In this document: piece after piece, positions 51,023 through 64,000 of the stretch
Layout: every line of letters starts with the position of its first letter
Numbering within the stretch: the stretch's first letter is position 1
Assembly: GCF_963921235.1 (NCBI RefSeq)
Contig: NC_086097.1
Span: forward strand, 112,346,001-112,410,000
Reading direction: 5' to 3'
Length of the DNA: 64,000 bases
DNA from: Mobula hypostoma
Taxonomy: Eukaryota
Position numbers and translations under genes: made by a program
The notes under the pieces: model-generated
What the model saw: the letters and a program-made list of their open reading frames with translations, nothing else
What the model was told of the DNA's origin: nothing
Databases searched by the model: none

Positions 51023-51409
51023 TGTCAGTACCTCCAGTTGAACTCTGTCTTTTTGTGTGTTTCCCCCTAGCTGTCAGTCTGTGGTTTTGTATTGCCATGT
51101 GCTCCTGTCCCCGCTCCTGCTCTATTCCAGCCCCTGTATTACTGAGTACTCCATCTCTCATCTAGTTCTCATTATTACCTGTTTTGCTGCCACTTCTGTC
51201 TCATTGTGCTCCACTTATCATCTGCCTCTGTTTATTGCTCAGTGTATTTCAGTCCTGTGTTTTCACCTGTTTGTTGCCAGATTGTCCCAGTGAGTTTTCC
51301 TGAACTTTGACGCCAGCTTTGTTTGCACCTCGGGATTTGTTAATCAATTAATATCACTGTGTGCACAGTACTGGGTCTGTGATTGGTTCCCTGCTCCATC
51401 GCCCTGACA
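51023..51409. mobile_element. Probable solo LTR (Gypsy-like)
   Basis: Bounded by the inverted termini TGTCAG...CTGACA, 387 bp, non-coding. No clean TSD. Confidence 0.5.
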
Positions 51410-54400
51410 CATCCTCTCTTAATCTTTACATGAGCAGGCACATGGGACATGGTTTAATGGCTAGGTTTCACATTGAAAATGCAGAATGGAGCACAAGTGG
51501 AATCGGGGGAAGAGTTATAGAATGTTGAAAGGCTTAGGTAGGATGGATGTGGAGAGGATGTTTCTTATAGTAGGAGAGTCTAAGACCAGAGGACACAGCC
51601 TCAGAATAGAAGGATATTCATTTAGAACAGAGATGAGGAGAAATTTCTTTCGCCAGAGAGAAGTGAATCTGTGGCATTTATTGACACAGGCAGCTGTGAA
51701 GTCCAATTCATGAGGTATATTTAAGGCAGAGGTCAATAGATTCTTGATTAGTCAGAGAGTGAAGAGATGTGGGGAAAAGGCAGGAGATTTAGGATGAGAG
51801 GGAAAATTACCCTGAGCATTAGTTATATGAAATGGGGCCATTGGAGTGTGTTGCAGAGGTCATCCAGCTGACAATGAATACAATGTAATCCAGTTTGAAT
51901 TAATTATATAAAGAAACCAGATAAAAATAAAAAGATTTGAAGAACGAGTGCGAATGAGTTAAATAGAGACCATCACCAGTGTACTGGGAAAAAGATATAC
52001 GAAGTCTAGAAGTGGAGTTCATTCTGGAAAACAATGTGTAAACGTATTCCTTTACAGACCAAGAGCAAAGCATCCAAAGGTGAAGCATCAAGGATAAAAA
52101 AGGGGGGAGAAAGGCAAAATTAAAATAGAAAGCAGAGGTAATAAAATAGAGAAAGGAGTAGAGTGTACAGTATAGAGAAGAAAAATAATACATTCAAGAG
52201 AGAATAAAATAATTGATGAGGGTAAGCAAGCTAAGGTGGAGATAAGGTTAGGATACATCATTACATTGAACTGTTCAAAAATATGAATACATAAACTATA
52301 AATAATTAACTAGAAATAAAATGGCCTATAACAATGCAAATACTAAATGCTGCCTTAAGTACTAAATGGGAATCTTTGTAAAATAAAGTGGCATTAATGG
52401 GTAAATGGTAATGACAGATGTGATGTCAAACAGATGACAAGAAGAAATATGTATTAGTAAATGTTTTTAATATGTTGGGTGGCTTTCAGTTATGCTTTTT
52501 AATATTCAGCTTTACCACCATGGCACTGTTCAACTTTTGTTTAAAATACACCTCGTTTTTATTATTCCAGATGGCTGGGACTACAGACTGCCCACCATGG
52601 GTAAAAAAAAACATGGATATGTAATGACACTCCATTGATATAACAACTGAAATGCAGGTTTCAGTGTGTATACTGTACTTCATTCCTATTTTGGTAGAAA
52701 ACTAGCCCGTGTTGCTACCTGAAATGTTTCTTACCCTGACCCCAACTTCAGCCATATACCTGGTTAATACTCCAGACCTCTCGTTGTAGAACCTACCCAG
52801 ATTCCTGACTACCAGTATTCCCGGTGACTCCAGTTCTGGCCACATACCAACATTTCTTGCCAGCATAAGCTGTCAAATGCCATCCATTTCATGATAAACA
52901 GGACTCATGAGAAACCAAGGGAGAGGAGTCTGAAGGAATATGCTGTACTTCCCAACACTTCCTGTAATACAATGCTAGTACATGGATCTACAGATGGTCA
53001 GTCAATAGATTATGAGGATTTTGTGCAGTACAATTAAGGAAGAGCATTATAAAGATTTGAGCTTTTGTGGAACCTTCATGGATGTAGATGGTGATGTAGA
53101 CAGCCAAGCTTCAGATAAAGATCAGTGGTTCACTAACATTTTTTACTGAGATGAACATCCTTGTCCCATTCTCCATAGTATCTATAAATAATTTTAATTG
53201 TTAGCATTGTCTGGCAAGTCCCCTCTAATTGTCACCCTTTCCTTCTCTGCCTGACTGCATCTGCCAAGTACCCCTCCTTACCAGGATCTTCTTACTGCTT
53301 ATTAGCTCTTGCTTTACCCCTCTCCCCTCACTCTCTATACTGGCTATCCCCCCTCTACTCTTCAGTCCACATGAAGCATCTCGACCTTAAATGCCAAATG
53401 CCCATTTCCTGGTGGAGATGCTGCCTGGCCCCCTGAGTTCTTCCTACATATTCTGTTTTTGTTTGGAAAGTTAGTAGTGTTCTTCTTGGAACTCAGAAAT
53501 CTTAGGAGTGATCCAGAGGAGGTTTTCAGATGATTTAGAAAACAAATTCTCTTTGAGTCAGTTAATAACCAGAGATCAAATACTCAGAAAGAAATCTTTT
53601 GCTTAGTGCATATATCTAAAATGCTTTACTTAAGACATAGTAGAATCTGACTATATAAATAATTGTAAAAGTGGAAATAGACAGGTTTTTGATGATGAGA
53701 AATATACAAAGTTATTGACTATGAATACATGACAGAGCAAGCGTTCTCTTTCAAAGAGTTGAAGGACAACTGGCCAAGTGTTTTTTTCCGGTACTATTAA
53801 TTTCTATGATGACGTGTGCTGATAAAAAGGATATTAAAAATTACTAAGCTGTATGAGTACAAAATTTTAGTTTCAGCATCTAATGTGCTGATTTTGCCGA
53901 AAGAGCCTAGGATAGATCTGGAGGTCTGGAGCTCTGATAGTCAGAGGCCTTGGAAAGAAACTAAAAATAAAACAGAGTGGTGAGTGCATGGAACACCCAC
54001 CAGGAGTGGCGCTAGAGGCCGATACATTTAAGAAACTCTTAAATAGGCACATAAGAAACTCTTAGATAGGTGGCCTCATATCCTGGTGAGATAGGGACAT
54101 GCCTGTGCTAAAATGTGAAGTCATTTCAGGTGGACTGGGCGGATGAGATCTATAGTGAGCTCTGACAGCCAGGAAGGCAGTACTGCAGCGTTTCATGGAG
54201 AGTGTGGGGTATGACAGGGCACAGAAAATGTTATGGTCATTCGCTGCAACCAAGGAAGACCCCAGTTTGTAACACTTGTTCGTACCACTGGACTTCTGAG
54301 GTTGACAGAGTGAAACTTCCCCAGTGCAACAGTGCTTCTACTTTAAAAACTCTCCCGCACAGGTTTCTTGTCATTGACAGATACGATGGACAGCGACCAC

Positions 54401-55319
54401 CAGGTAGATACATGAATGACAGAAAAATGGAGGGCTATGTAAGAGGGAAGGGTTAGATTGCTCTTAGAGTAGGTAGTCAGTACTAGATCGTGGGCCAGAG
54501 GACCAGTACTGTCTGATGTTCCATCTTTCCATGATCTTGAGCTTCTGACAGTTGACCACCTTATCTGTCTATTACCACTTTTCAGAATTCTGTTGTGATA
54601 GAAGTTTATGATACCTCAGCATCTGATGACCCAGTTTACATCCTTGTGAATCAACATTGTGTTCAACAATTTCACATTCCTGTTGGATTTTTCCATGCTG
54701 CGGGAACCAAGACTCCATAGTTTCTTTCTTGCCCTGTTGCCTTTCTTTCTCACCCTGTATACTAAGCCTTTTATCATTAAATCATCCTGACTTCTAATAT
54801 GATCTTTCCCTATCATCATTTACTGTTTCTGAACATCTACAAAATGGTGAAAGGTTGAAATGTTTATTCTTCCTCAGTGCTGTCTGATTATCTATTTATT
54901 TGAGATATAGCATGGAATAGTCCTTTCCAGCCTACTGAGCAGTGCTGCCCAGCAACCCCCAATTAAACCTAAGCCTAATTACGGGACAATTTACAATGAC
55001 CAATTAACCTACCAACCGGTACATCTTTAGACTGTGGGAGGAAACCGTACCACCCAGGGGAAATGCCTGCGGTCACTGGAAGAACATGCAAACTCCTTAC
55101 AGACAGTGGTGGGGATTGAACCGTGGTCAATAGTATTGTAAAGTGTTGTGCTAACCAGTACACTACCATGCTGTCCCATTGAGTATTTTCAACATTTTTT
55201 TGTTACTACCCATTATAACAAACAAATTGTAGCCTCCAAAGTAAAACTGTAGCCTATGTGAGCATTGATTCAATTTTGCTTTGGGTGTCTTTTATGTCAG
55301 GAGAGGATTTCACACTTGC

Positions 55320-55426
55320 CTTAGAATGGTATTCCTGTTCCAGCCTGGAATCTGATGCTGCCACCTGCTTGTACTTGTTCATTTTCATTTTCATTTGGCG
55401 AGTTCTTTCTTCCATGTCCATTGAAC
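55320..55426 (-). CDS. RIMS2: RIMS2 internal exon (107 nt, phase 1 to 0): xSMDMEERTRQMKMKMNKYKQVAASDSRLEQEYHSK
   Basis: Acceptor ttttctctacag|GTTCA and donor AAG|GCAAGT (GC donor). The peptide matches recalled mammalian RIM2 (AMDIEERNRQMKINKYKQVAGSDPRLEQDYHSK). It joins in frame to exon 32707-32879. Confidence 0.93.
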
Positions 55427-57024
55427 CTGTAGAGAAAATTCCAAATTAAACATCAACATGGAACTGGCACTTACCCCGCTACTCCTTTGTTGGACATGGC
55501 AAATGTAACACAAGTAACGTTGTGCTTGAGGTGGAACTTGGTCAGGGACTTGGACAAGACTCTGGGGTAGAAATTCATCCCTAGTAAATGCATTATGCCA
55601 TTTCTGAAATTCATCCATCAATTGAATCAAATTCCAGAAGCAAAAGGCTGTGTGCAGCCATTTTGAAGACGGATGTTCAGCGTAGCATGTGGAAAACCTC
55701 TCACCCCTCAGATCGTTTTGACTCAGAGAGATCTTCATTCAAGACAAAAGAAGATTTGCATAGTTAATGCTGGATTAGTATCAAATATTAGTATCAAAAT
55801 CGTCTGGTTTAAAAGAAATAATCTCAACTGATCTGCTATAGAAATAACAGGAGGGTAAAAAAAGAAGCAGGTGATAGCCAAGGACTTTTTCCCAAGGTGG
55901 AAATGGCTAATACATGGGGACATAATTTTAAGGTGATTGCAGGAATGTATGGGGTGATGCCAGAGTTAAGTCATTTACACATAGATTGGTAGGTACATGG
56001 AACACCCTGCCAGAGGTGGTGGTAGAGTCAGATACATTAGGAGCATTTAAGAGCATTTAGTGGACCATAGGATGAAGGGAAGGAGAAGGGGACGCAGGGG
56101 GAAGTAATAGACAGTCAAAGGCAAGAATGGGGAATAGAGGAAGGGGGGGGAATAGATATTATTGGAAGGAGATATCGATATTACTGTGCTGTAATGTTCT
56201 ATGTAATATTGCAGTGTCAGAGTTGCTGCAGATGAGAGTTCCCCACTAGCTTTCTACAATTCTCCTAAAGACTAAGTAAAATCTCAGGAGTTACCCGTGC
56301 TAGTACAGCACAGTGAAGGATTCCACAGTCTACACAGCCGGACTCAGCATTGTATTATATGAACATTAACACAACTTCTCCATGCGACCCTGCTCTGGCT
56401 GAAGTGAATAGAACACAATAAACTAAAGGAAAAATTCTCCCTTAACTGTCTGTCTGGTTGTCAAGAGCTATGAATCTATTTTGAATTGAGTACTGATTGA
56501 AGATTCTACCTGCAGCTTTATTATTTTATTCATCAGCTTTATTTACTGCTGCTACAGTTTTACATTCATTTGTTTCTCAAACGTTGACCAGAACAATGCC
56601 AGTCCCACCATCTCCACTCCTCATCAAGCTGTTCACAGAATAAGAAGCTGGAAGAAGTAAATGTGACCTCTCAACCCAAAGTTTTTTTTCTCTGAGTCAG
56701 AAACAGTTTCTGTCTGATTTGCTACTCCTCCTCATTCACAGCAATCAACCTTCTCCCTGCTCAATGTGCCGTATCTGATCCAGTTTCAGTGAAATACCGT
56801 GGTAAGGAGCTTTACTAAACTAACACTCGACAATGGATAAACAACGTTGATCCATGTTGTCTCTGGGTAAATCTCACAAAGAAAGCAATTAAGGCTATTC
56901 TTTTTGCCTCTGCTTGGCAACAAAAATCAAAGTAATTGCTACAATAAACTGAGGTAGGCTTACCATGCTAAATCAAGATGATTAACCCTAAGGGTGAATT
57001 ATGGCATTCATCATTTTAGGCCTA

Positions 57025-57610
57025 AGGTTGTTATAGCCGGGGGTGGTGGTGGGGGTAAGCTCCCACTACCTATAAAGTGCTCCAAATGATGTGCGTCTCT
57101 AACAGTCTCTGACAACCAAGTCCAAATCTTGGCCTTCACATGTGGCTTAGCTACTCAGCCTGGCAGAACTGTTTCAACTGACAAGGGAAGGATCACTGGA
57201 GACTCAAAAACCAGTTGCTTCAGGCAGGCTGGGCTCGTCAGCCTTGGACAGCAGCCCGCTTAGCAGAAGAAAAACTCGGATTTTAAACCTCTGCTGCCTT
57301 GCAGCCATACCCACCTATGGGAAAGGGTTCGGGAATAAACCCCGAGGAAGAAATCCAGAGCCGGGGTCCCTAAGGCAATTTGATGCTGTTTACAACTTCA
57401 CTCTGGCAACCTCCGTGGCGACATTGGTGCCAAGCTGTATCAGTTCTTGCCCTTCCCTTGGACTACATCAGTGAAGTGGAGAGGGGAACCCGCTGCATAG
57501 GCAACAGCCGGTTCTTCAAATCTTCCCGCCCAGGCTTGCGCCCTGGAGAGGACACAGTCCACAAGAAGTGCAAACCCATGATCCCCTGGGATCGATGGCT
57601 GCCTATTACT
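57025..57610 (+). mobile_element. Unclassified non-coding interspersed repeat, possibly derived from an RTE 5' UTR; second copy at ~61615-62030
   Basis: Shared blocks in both copies: gggctc(g/a)tca..gaag(a/g)aaaactc, atacccac..atggg.aa.g.tt.ggga.taaacccc and ctaaggca. Confidence 0.6.
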
Positions 57611-57825
57611 TGAATCAGAGGACATTTTGCATAATTCTAACTTGTATACCTTATATTTTGTCTATATTTGAAAACTGACTACCTGGTATGGAAGGATTCA
57701 TATGTCTTCCTTTAGAATGTAAACGTTTTTATCATCTTAGGTCGAAGGCAACTTTACAAGCAGAGAAAATGGGAAGAGATTATATTGTAGGGATGAATAT
57801 GTTGATTCAGTAATTTGATTTAATT

Positions 57826-58732
57826 CATAGAAACATAGAAACATAGAAAACTGACAGCACAATATAGGCGCTTCGGCCCAAAAAGTTATGCCAAACATGC
57901 CCATACCTTGGAAATTACTAGGCTTACCCATAGCTCTCTATTTTTCTAAGCTCCATGTACCTATCCAAGTCTCTTGAAAGACCCTAACATATCTGTCTCC
58001 ACCACCGTTGCTGGCAGCTCATTCCACACACTCACCACTCTCGGAGTAAAAAGCTTACCCCTGACATCTCCTCTGTACGTACTCCCCAGCACCTTAAACC
58101 TGTGCCCTCGTGTGGCAACCATTTCAGCCCTGGGAAAAAGCCTCTGATTATGCACATGATCAACACCTCTCATTGTCTTATATACCTCTATCAGGTCACC
58201 TCTCAGCCTCCATCGCTCCACAGAGAAAAGGCTGAGTTCACTCAACCTGTTTTCATAAGGCATGCTCCCCAATCCAGGCAACATCCTTGTAAATGTTCTC
58301 TGCACCCTTTCTATGGCTTCCACATCCTTTGTATAGTAAGGTGACCAGAATTGAGCACAGTACTCCAAGTGGGGTCTGACCAGGGTTCTCTATAGCTGCA
58401 ACATTACCTCTTGGCTCCTAAATTCAATTCCATGATTAATGAAAGCCAGTACACCGTATGCCTTCTTAACCACAGAGTCAACCTGCGTAGCAGCTTTGAG
58501 TGTCCTAAGGATTCTATGAGATCCCTCTGATCCTCCACACTGCCAAGAGTCTTACCATTAATACTATATTCTGCCATCATGTTTGACCTACCAGGATAAA
58601 CCACCTTACACTTATCTGGGTTGAACTCCATCTGCCACTTCTCAGCCCAGTTTTGCATCCTCTCAATGTCCCGCTGTAAACTCTGACAGCCCTACATACC
58701 ATCCACAACACCTCCAACCTTTGTGTCATCAA
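57826..58732 (-). mobile_element. CR1 (HER1-like) LINE 3' fragment (more CR1 3' ends at ~1355-1620, 17030-17350, 18555-18820, 35580-36270, 51515-51800, 55865-56060, 63913-64000)
   Basis: [10 protein letters not shown]...[14 protein letters not shown], with a (catagaaa)n tail. Confidence 0.9.
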
Positions 58733-58767
58733 ACTCACTTAAAATCTATTCAGTAGTCCATTTGGAT

Positions 58768-58846
58768 GAGGGGCTCCCAACCTTTTTTATGCCATAGGCC
58801 AATACCATTGAGCAAGAGGTCAGTGGACCCCAGGTTAGGAACCCTG
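58768..58846. mobile_element. ~80-bp hAT MITE (same family; a decayed fourth copy lies at ~31670-31750)
   Basis: gaggggctcccaacc...ggttaggaaccctg, with TSD atttggat/ttctggat. Confidence 0.72.
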
Positions 58847-59899
58847 TTCTGGATCAATCCAAAGATTCAGGGCCCATCTAAGGTTTACATTCCAGATCCT
58901 TAGACTTGGACAGGGTAGAAAGGGAGATTTCCAGTAAGGCAGCCAAGATATTGTTCGATGTGAGGTGATGGGAGGAAAGGTGAAGCATGTTAAAATTTTG
59001 TATACTCTTTGAATTCCTGTGGTGACAGCTACTGCGTGCATTTTAGGATTGCCACTTCCCATGCCAAAAGGAGGAATTATCGTATTTCTTCCAGAATTCT
59101 GCCCATTAGGGTTTTCTTTTGGTTTTCAAACTCACTTCTTTTACTCCGTAGAAGTGTCTTTTATTTGAGAAACAATTCTGGTGAATTTCTCTGGCATTTT
59201 CTGGACATGCATCAGAAATCAGAAAAATTCCAGCACTGGGTTTGGAGAAGCTTGTGCAAAATCAAAGCTATTGTTCCTGGAAGAATTAGCTCTATGTTTT
59301 GTGACTGGCCCAGAAAGCCAGTGTGGGTCTTCTTGAAACATGGATATTGGGTCTTCCACTTTCCAATGAAGTACAGGAAGTGAAGCCACGAATAAGTATT
59401 TGCAGACATACTGTACACATCCTAGTTAATCCACAGTTTAAGATAAGGCTCAAAGAAGCCAAATCACACAAACATCAGTAAAAGGGAAATGGCTTCTGAT
59501 TCATCTATTGGTGTGAGTGAAAGAAATTTAGCACAATGATCTATGCCACTTCATGCTAACATTAAGAGGTAGGAATTGTAATGAAGTGAGTTTCCAGCTT
59601 TTTTTTTGCCCCAGAATCTTATCACCTAGGGACTTATATAGTAAAATTCAGGAAAATTGACTCTCAGTTGGTGATAGACCAAGAAAGCTAAATGTCTCAG
59701 AGTTTATATTGTTAAATACCTTGTTGCAAATATTCAAGACAAGAAAGAAAGATTTACCTGCACACAATAAGAAAATTCAGACAAATTTCACTCCATGTTC
59801 CTTGCACAATACGGCTTTTAGAGAAGCACTGATTCCAAACAGCTGACTATTGACTACAGGAGGAAGAAGTTAGAGGTCCATGAGCCTAATGAGTCCTCA

Positions 59900-60345
59900 T
59901 TAGGGGATCAGAGATGAAGAGGGTCAGTAACTTTAAATTCCTTGGCATTATCATATCAGAGTGTCTGTCCTGGGAACAGCATGTAAGTACCATCCCAAGG
60001 AAGGCATGACAAGATCTACTTAGATGTTTGTGTAGATTTGGCAAGTCACCTAAAACTTTGACAAACTTCTATAGATGCACAGTGAAGAGTATCCCAACTG
60101 CTTGCATCACGGCCTAGTATAGAAACGCGAATGCCTAGGAATGGAAAGGACACAGAAATAAGTGGATGCAGCCCAGCTTATCACAGGCAACACCCTCTCC
60201 ATCATTCAGCACATTCACAAGGAGCACTGCCACAAGAAAGCAGCATCTATGATTAGGGACCACAATCATCAATGACATGCTCTCTTCTCAGTACTACCAT
60301 TGGGCAGGAGTTACAGAACCCCTAAGATCCCACACCATCAGATCA
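59900..60345 (+). mobile_element. Rex/Babar LINE 3' fragment
   Basis: aactttaaattccttggc (NFKFLG) ... aacttctatagatgcacagtgaagagtatc. Confidence 0.72.
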
Positions 60346-63300
60346 ATGTTATGGGCATGCTGCTATTGAAAGCTTAGGGCCACCTTCAATTCTTCCATGA
60401 AAAGTCCTAGAAATCCCAGTATATAACAAGATGAGGCAGTGCAAGTGAATTGTGTTCAGGGAAATGAGCAGTCCCTAAGCCCATTTACCCTGCAGCAGCA
60501 TGCAAGAGAATTTATAGCACACAATGTGACAATAATTATTAATAATGCTAGATTGTCTGTTGCATTCCAATATACAGGTATGAGAGCAATTTTAGATAAT
60601 TTTTTTTTCATTCTACTGGGGAATATTGCATTAACAAGAGCAAATGTGAGAAAAAGGAAAGGGTTTATATCGCTCATTTTCTGACACCTTTACATTGCTC
60701 CAGGATTTCCAGAATGTTTCCAGAGCTTCAGAAGTCAGAGATGTTATTTGTAACTCCAGCAAGTGTGAGAAAAGTGACAGTATGCAAAGAAGGCAAGAAA
60801 GACAGGGATGTATCACAATTTCATTCATTTGAGAGGTGCTGAACAGAGTTGAGAATTGAGCTGCAAGTTCTGTCACAGCCATGCGTCAATTGCAGACAGG
60901 AAAATTTTTTACTCAGCCCTTCCATGAATGAAAAGATGAGGAATGAATCATAAGAAGATTGTGAATTGTATTTATATGGAGCTATTCATGCTATTTTCTG
61001 GATGTAGCAAAATGGTTTACAGATCGGACAGCAGAAGTATTTTTAAACTATCATAATTCGGATATTGTGTACAGAGCAAACTCCCACGAGTGAAAATAGC
61101 TGGAACATTTGTTTTTAGGAAAGCTTGAATAGGGATACATTTAGGCTGGAGATGAGATATAGAGAAACCTGCTATTCAACACTATGTCAACTTGAAAACA
61201 AATTGGCCCTGGTGGCAACTCATCTGAATGACAGCATGGGATTACAAGCCTAGACATTTCTGTTCAGCTGAGATCTCTGGAGTAGGACTTGCACTTCTAC
61301 CTACTGACTCAACAGCAACAGGGCTAGTTTTCAGACATTAGAAAGTTTATGGTGCTGACTTTGGATATCTGTTTCTGAAGCCCTATATTCAGAGCTATTA
61401 ATGCAAAAACCTATCAAATTATCAGTTAAAACACCTATACAGACAGTGCTGATGAGTCACACAATACAATAATAGTCCAACAAAAGCTAAGAAGACAGAA
61501 ATTCCACTCAGCCAGCTATGTTTCTACCTGAACATTGGCTAGTCAATAGTTAAAGACTGTTGAGAAGACATTTACAATTTCAATGATACCTAAGGTGTAA
61601 GACTATGCACTTACATTGTTTTTACTGACAGGAAAACAGGTAAAGGTGGGTTACTTGCTCCTTAAAGCCAGTCCTTTGGGCAGATGGGCCTCATCAACCG
61701 TAGTTGGCATCTCTTCTAGGAGAAGGAAAACTCTGAACTCTTGCAGCTATATACCCACTCATGGGGAAAGTTTTGGGAGTAAACCCCAAGGGAAAATTCT
61801 GGAGCTGAAGTCTCTAAGGCAGTCCAACATTGAGTTCAATGCTGACTGGCAACTCCTGAGACACAGCTGGTGCTGAACTGTATCGGACTCTGCCAATCCT
61901 TTGGGTTCATCAGATGTGTGGAGAGTGGAAGCTTGATGGGCAGCAGATTGCTCTCCACATTGTACTGCCCAGGCTTGTGTATCTATACAGCTAGGATGCA
62001 ACATTCATGGTCGACCCTGAATGATGGAAGCTCCCCAAAGGCTATGCAAATTGAGGGCCAACATCAGTTCTAAACTGATTTAGATTGTGAGAGATCATTG
62101 AGAAGTATCAACAATTGAAGACTCACTCTTCAAAACTATATTTCTATGCATTCTTCCTGATTCCCAAAAATACCATGAGTCAACATTTGTCCTCATTTTT
62201 ACCTCCATCTCCACCTTCATCCCAAGTGACTGGAATTCACTGTTATTTGGCAAGAAATGACGCAATGCTCGCTAACAATTCATCCCATGTTCAATGTGGC
62301 TCAAGCACTTTACAGCCATACATTAGTGTCAAAGAAATTGCTCCGTCACCCTGTTACACGCTACATTCCACCCACAGGTATTGTCACTCACAGATACTTG
62401 GACTTAATGAGGGATCTGAAAGGTGCAATGTGACTCTTCACTTAGGGGCAGGTGGCACATCTCAGACTTGTACAGATTTCCCTACGTTCCTTTGGGGTAT
62501 TTCCTTCAGATCCTTCACCAATATTTTAAGTTAATTATAAGTGATTTTAGGTAACTGATTTTGTAATTTTAGAATAAAAATATTCACTTTTAATAACTAA
62601 TGTATCTGTGAATATCAGACATTTAAAACCTATTAATACCTTTCAGAGTCAGCACATTGGTTGGCAGTAGTTTTTATTTATCAATGCTTTGATGTATGTC
62701 TAAGGATGGGCTATCCTCACTGTTTCGCTGGAGACCCTTTGCCATGGATAGCATGCTGACAGAAGCAGGGATGCTTTTGTACAGTATGATAGGCTCTCTG
62801 CATCTGGCCAGGAATGGGACTGACACTGCTGTCTCCAAGCAGGGGTCCCTGCAATGCCTCTCAAGATCTTACACATTTCAACGAAGCACCTTCTCATCCT
62901 TCTAAATCGCAGCAGATGCAAACAAAAATCTTATAGATTAGTTAATTAACACAATTAAAATCCTACAGCTGCCAAAATGTGTTTTGAACTCACATATTTA
63001 GATTATTATTCCAAGGTTCAAGTTTACAATTCCAGTAATTTAACTATTATGCCAGTATTCAAAATTAATGACTGTCTTCAAAGTTAATAATCACGCAATT
63101 AAACCTATAAGCAGCACTATGGTACCATTAACTTAGGACCTTGCATTATCTGCCCAACAGTATCTACACATCCATAGAATCTGACACACTGCACTCCTGT
63201 TACCAGTGACTTGCTGAAGATCAATAACAGGGATGTCTTAACTCATGGACAAAAAAGCTTAAAGGTGGCCCTAAAACTTACCTGGAGGAAACATGAAATT

Positions 63301-64000
63301 TCATTGGATAATACTGGATAAATGAGTAGGATTCTAAATTAATTTATAGGCTGCTCTATTTTAAATACGGTGGGTTAAGTGAAAGGAGATGATATAATTA
63401 TTATTCTATCCAGCATTTTACATTGAAATTTATATTCAGTGAATTCCATTTGGACAAACAATTTAGTTGTGTGCAATCTCATTGGCATTCCTGATTAAAT
63501 GCACATTGTGCGTTTGGAATATTGTAATGTGACCTTAGCAAAAATAAGCTTGATTAATCTGGTGTTTTAAAATAGTCATTTAACTTTGAACTACAGTCCA
63601 ACAACTGCAATTCTGGAAAATTTACATGCTGAAGATGTTCCCATTGGCCTTTAAGATGCTGTTCTCTTGAAATGCTTGGACCAAATTTGATTTGACAATC
63701 TTTCCTAAAGCATTACCATTTAGGTCCCCTGTGATTAACCCACTGTTAAAGTGCGGATGCCATAATCAGTAATCTTCATGCCAGTACAAAGAAAACTGAC
63801 ATCTTTGCCGCACAGTAGAATCTGCTGACCGCTAACTATTTTGTGTTGCACTGCTCCCGCAAAACAAAAAAAATCATGGCACATGTCAGTGATATTATCC
63901 AGTTTTAGATTCATAGAGTACTACAGCACAGAAACAGGATCTCCTAGTCCATGCTGTACCACTATTCTGCTTAGTCCCATCTACCCACACATGGACCATA

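Noticed and set aside
55469..55738. ORF with a consensus donor GGG|GTAAGT 48 nt upstream of the RIMS2 acceptor
   Set aside because: The intron would be only 48 nt, the phase-1-compatible frame contains a stop, and there is no RIM similarity.
58835..59418. Several 68-124 aa ORFs in unique-looking sequence
   Set aside because: No recognisable protein or splice sites. Part of it looks like a very old CR1 remnant.

Overview
This is eukaryotic, repeat-rich vertebrate DNA. The repeat landscape (HER1-like CR1 LINEs, V-SINE/HE1-like SINEs, Deu-SINEs, Rex/Babar LINEs, Penelope elements) points to a cartilaginous fish, probably a ray; this is an inference. The window appears to lie inside the introns of a minus-strand RIMS2 (RIM2, presynaptic active-zone scaffold) gene. 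Two exons are recognisable from protein memory: 55320-55426, which has a GC donor, and 32707-32879. A third, symmetric 444-nt Glu/Lys-rich cassette exon (28830-29273) splices in frame after them. I also found two candidate frame-preserving cassette or micro-exons and a candidate recursive splice site. Notable non-genic items are Penelope insertions carrying intact minimal type-I hammerhead ribozymes (some in fold-back arrangements, with TSDs), a fossil retroviral integrase, multi-level nested LINE insertions, an ~80-bp hAT MITE family and young non-autonomous elements. Nearly all ORFs in the supplied track are decayed TE fragments or shadow frames. TE boundaries are approximate unless a TSD is quoted. 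No database search was run.
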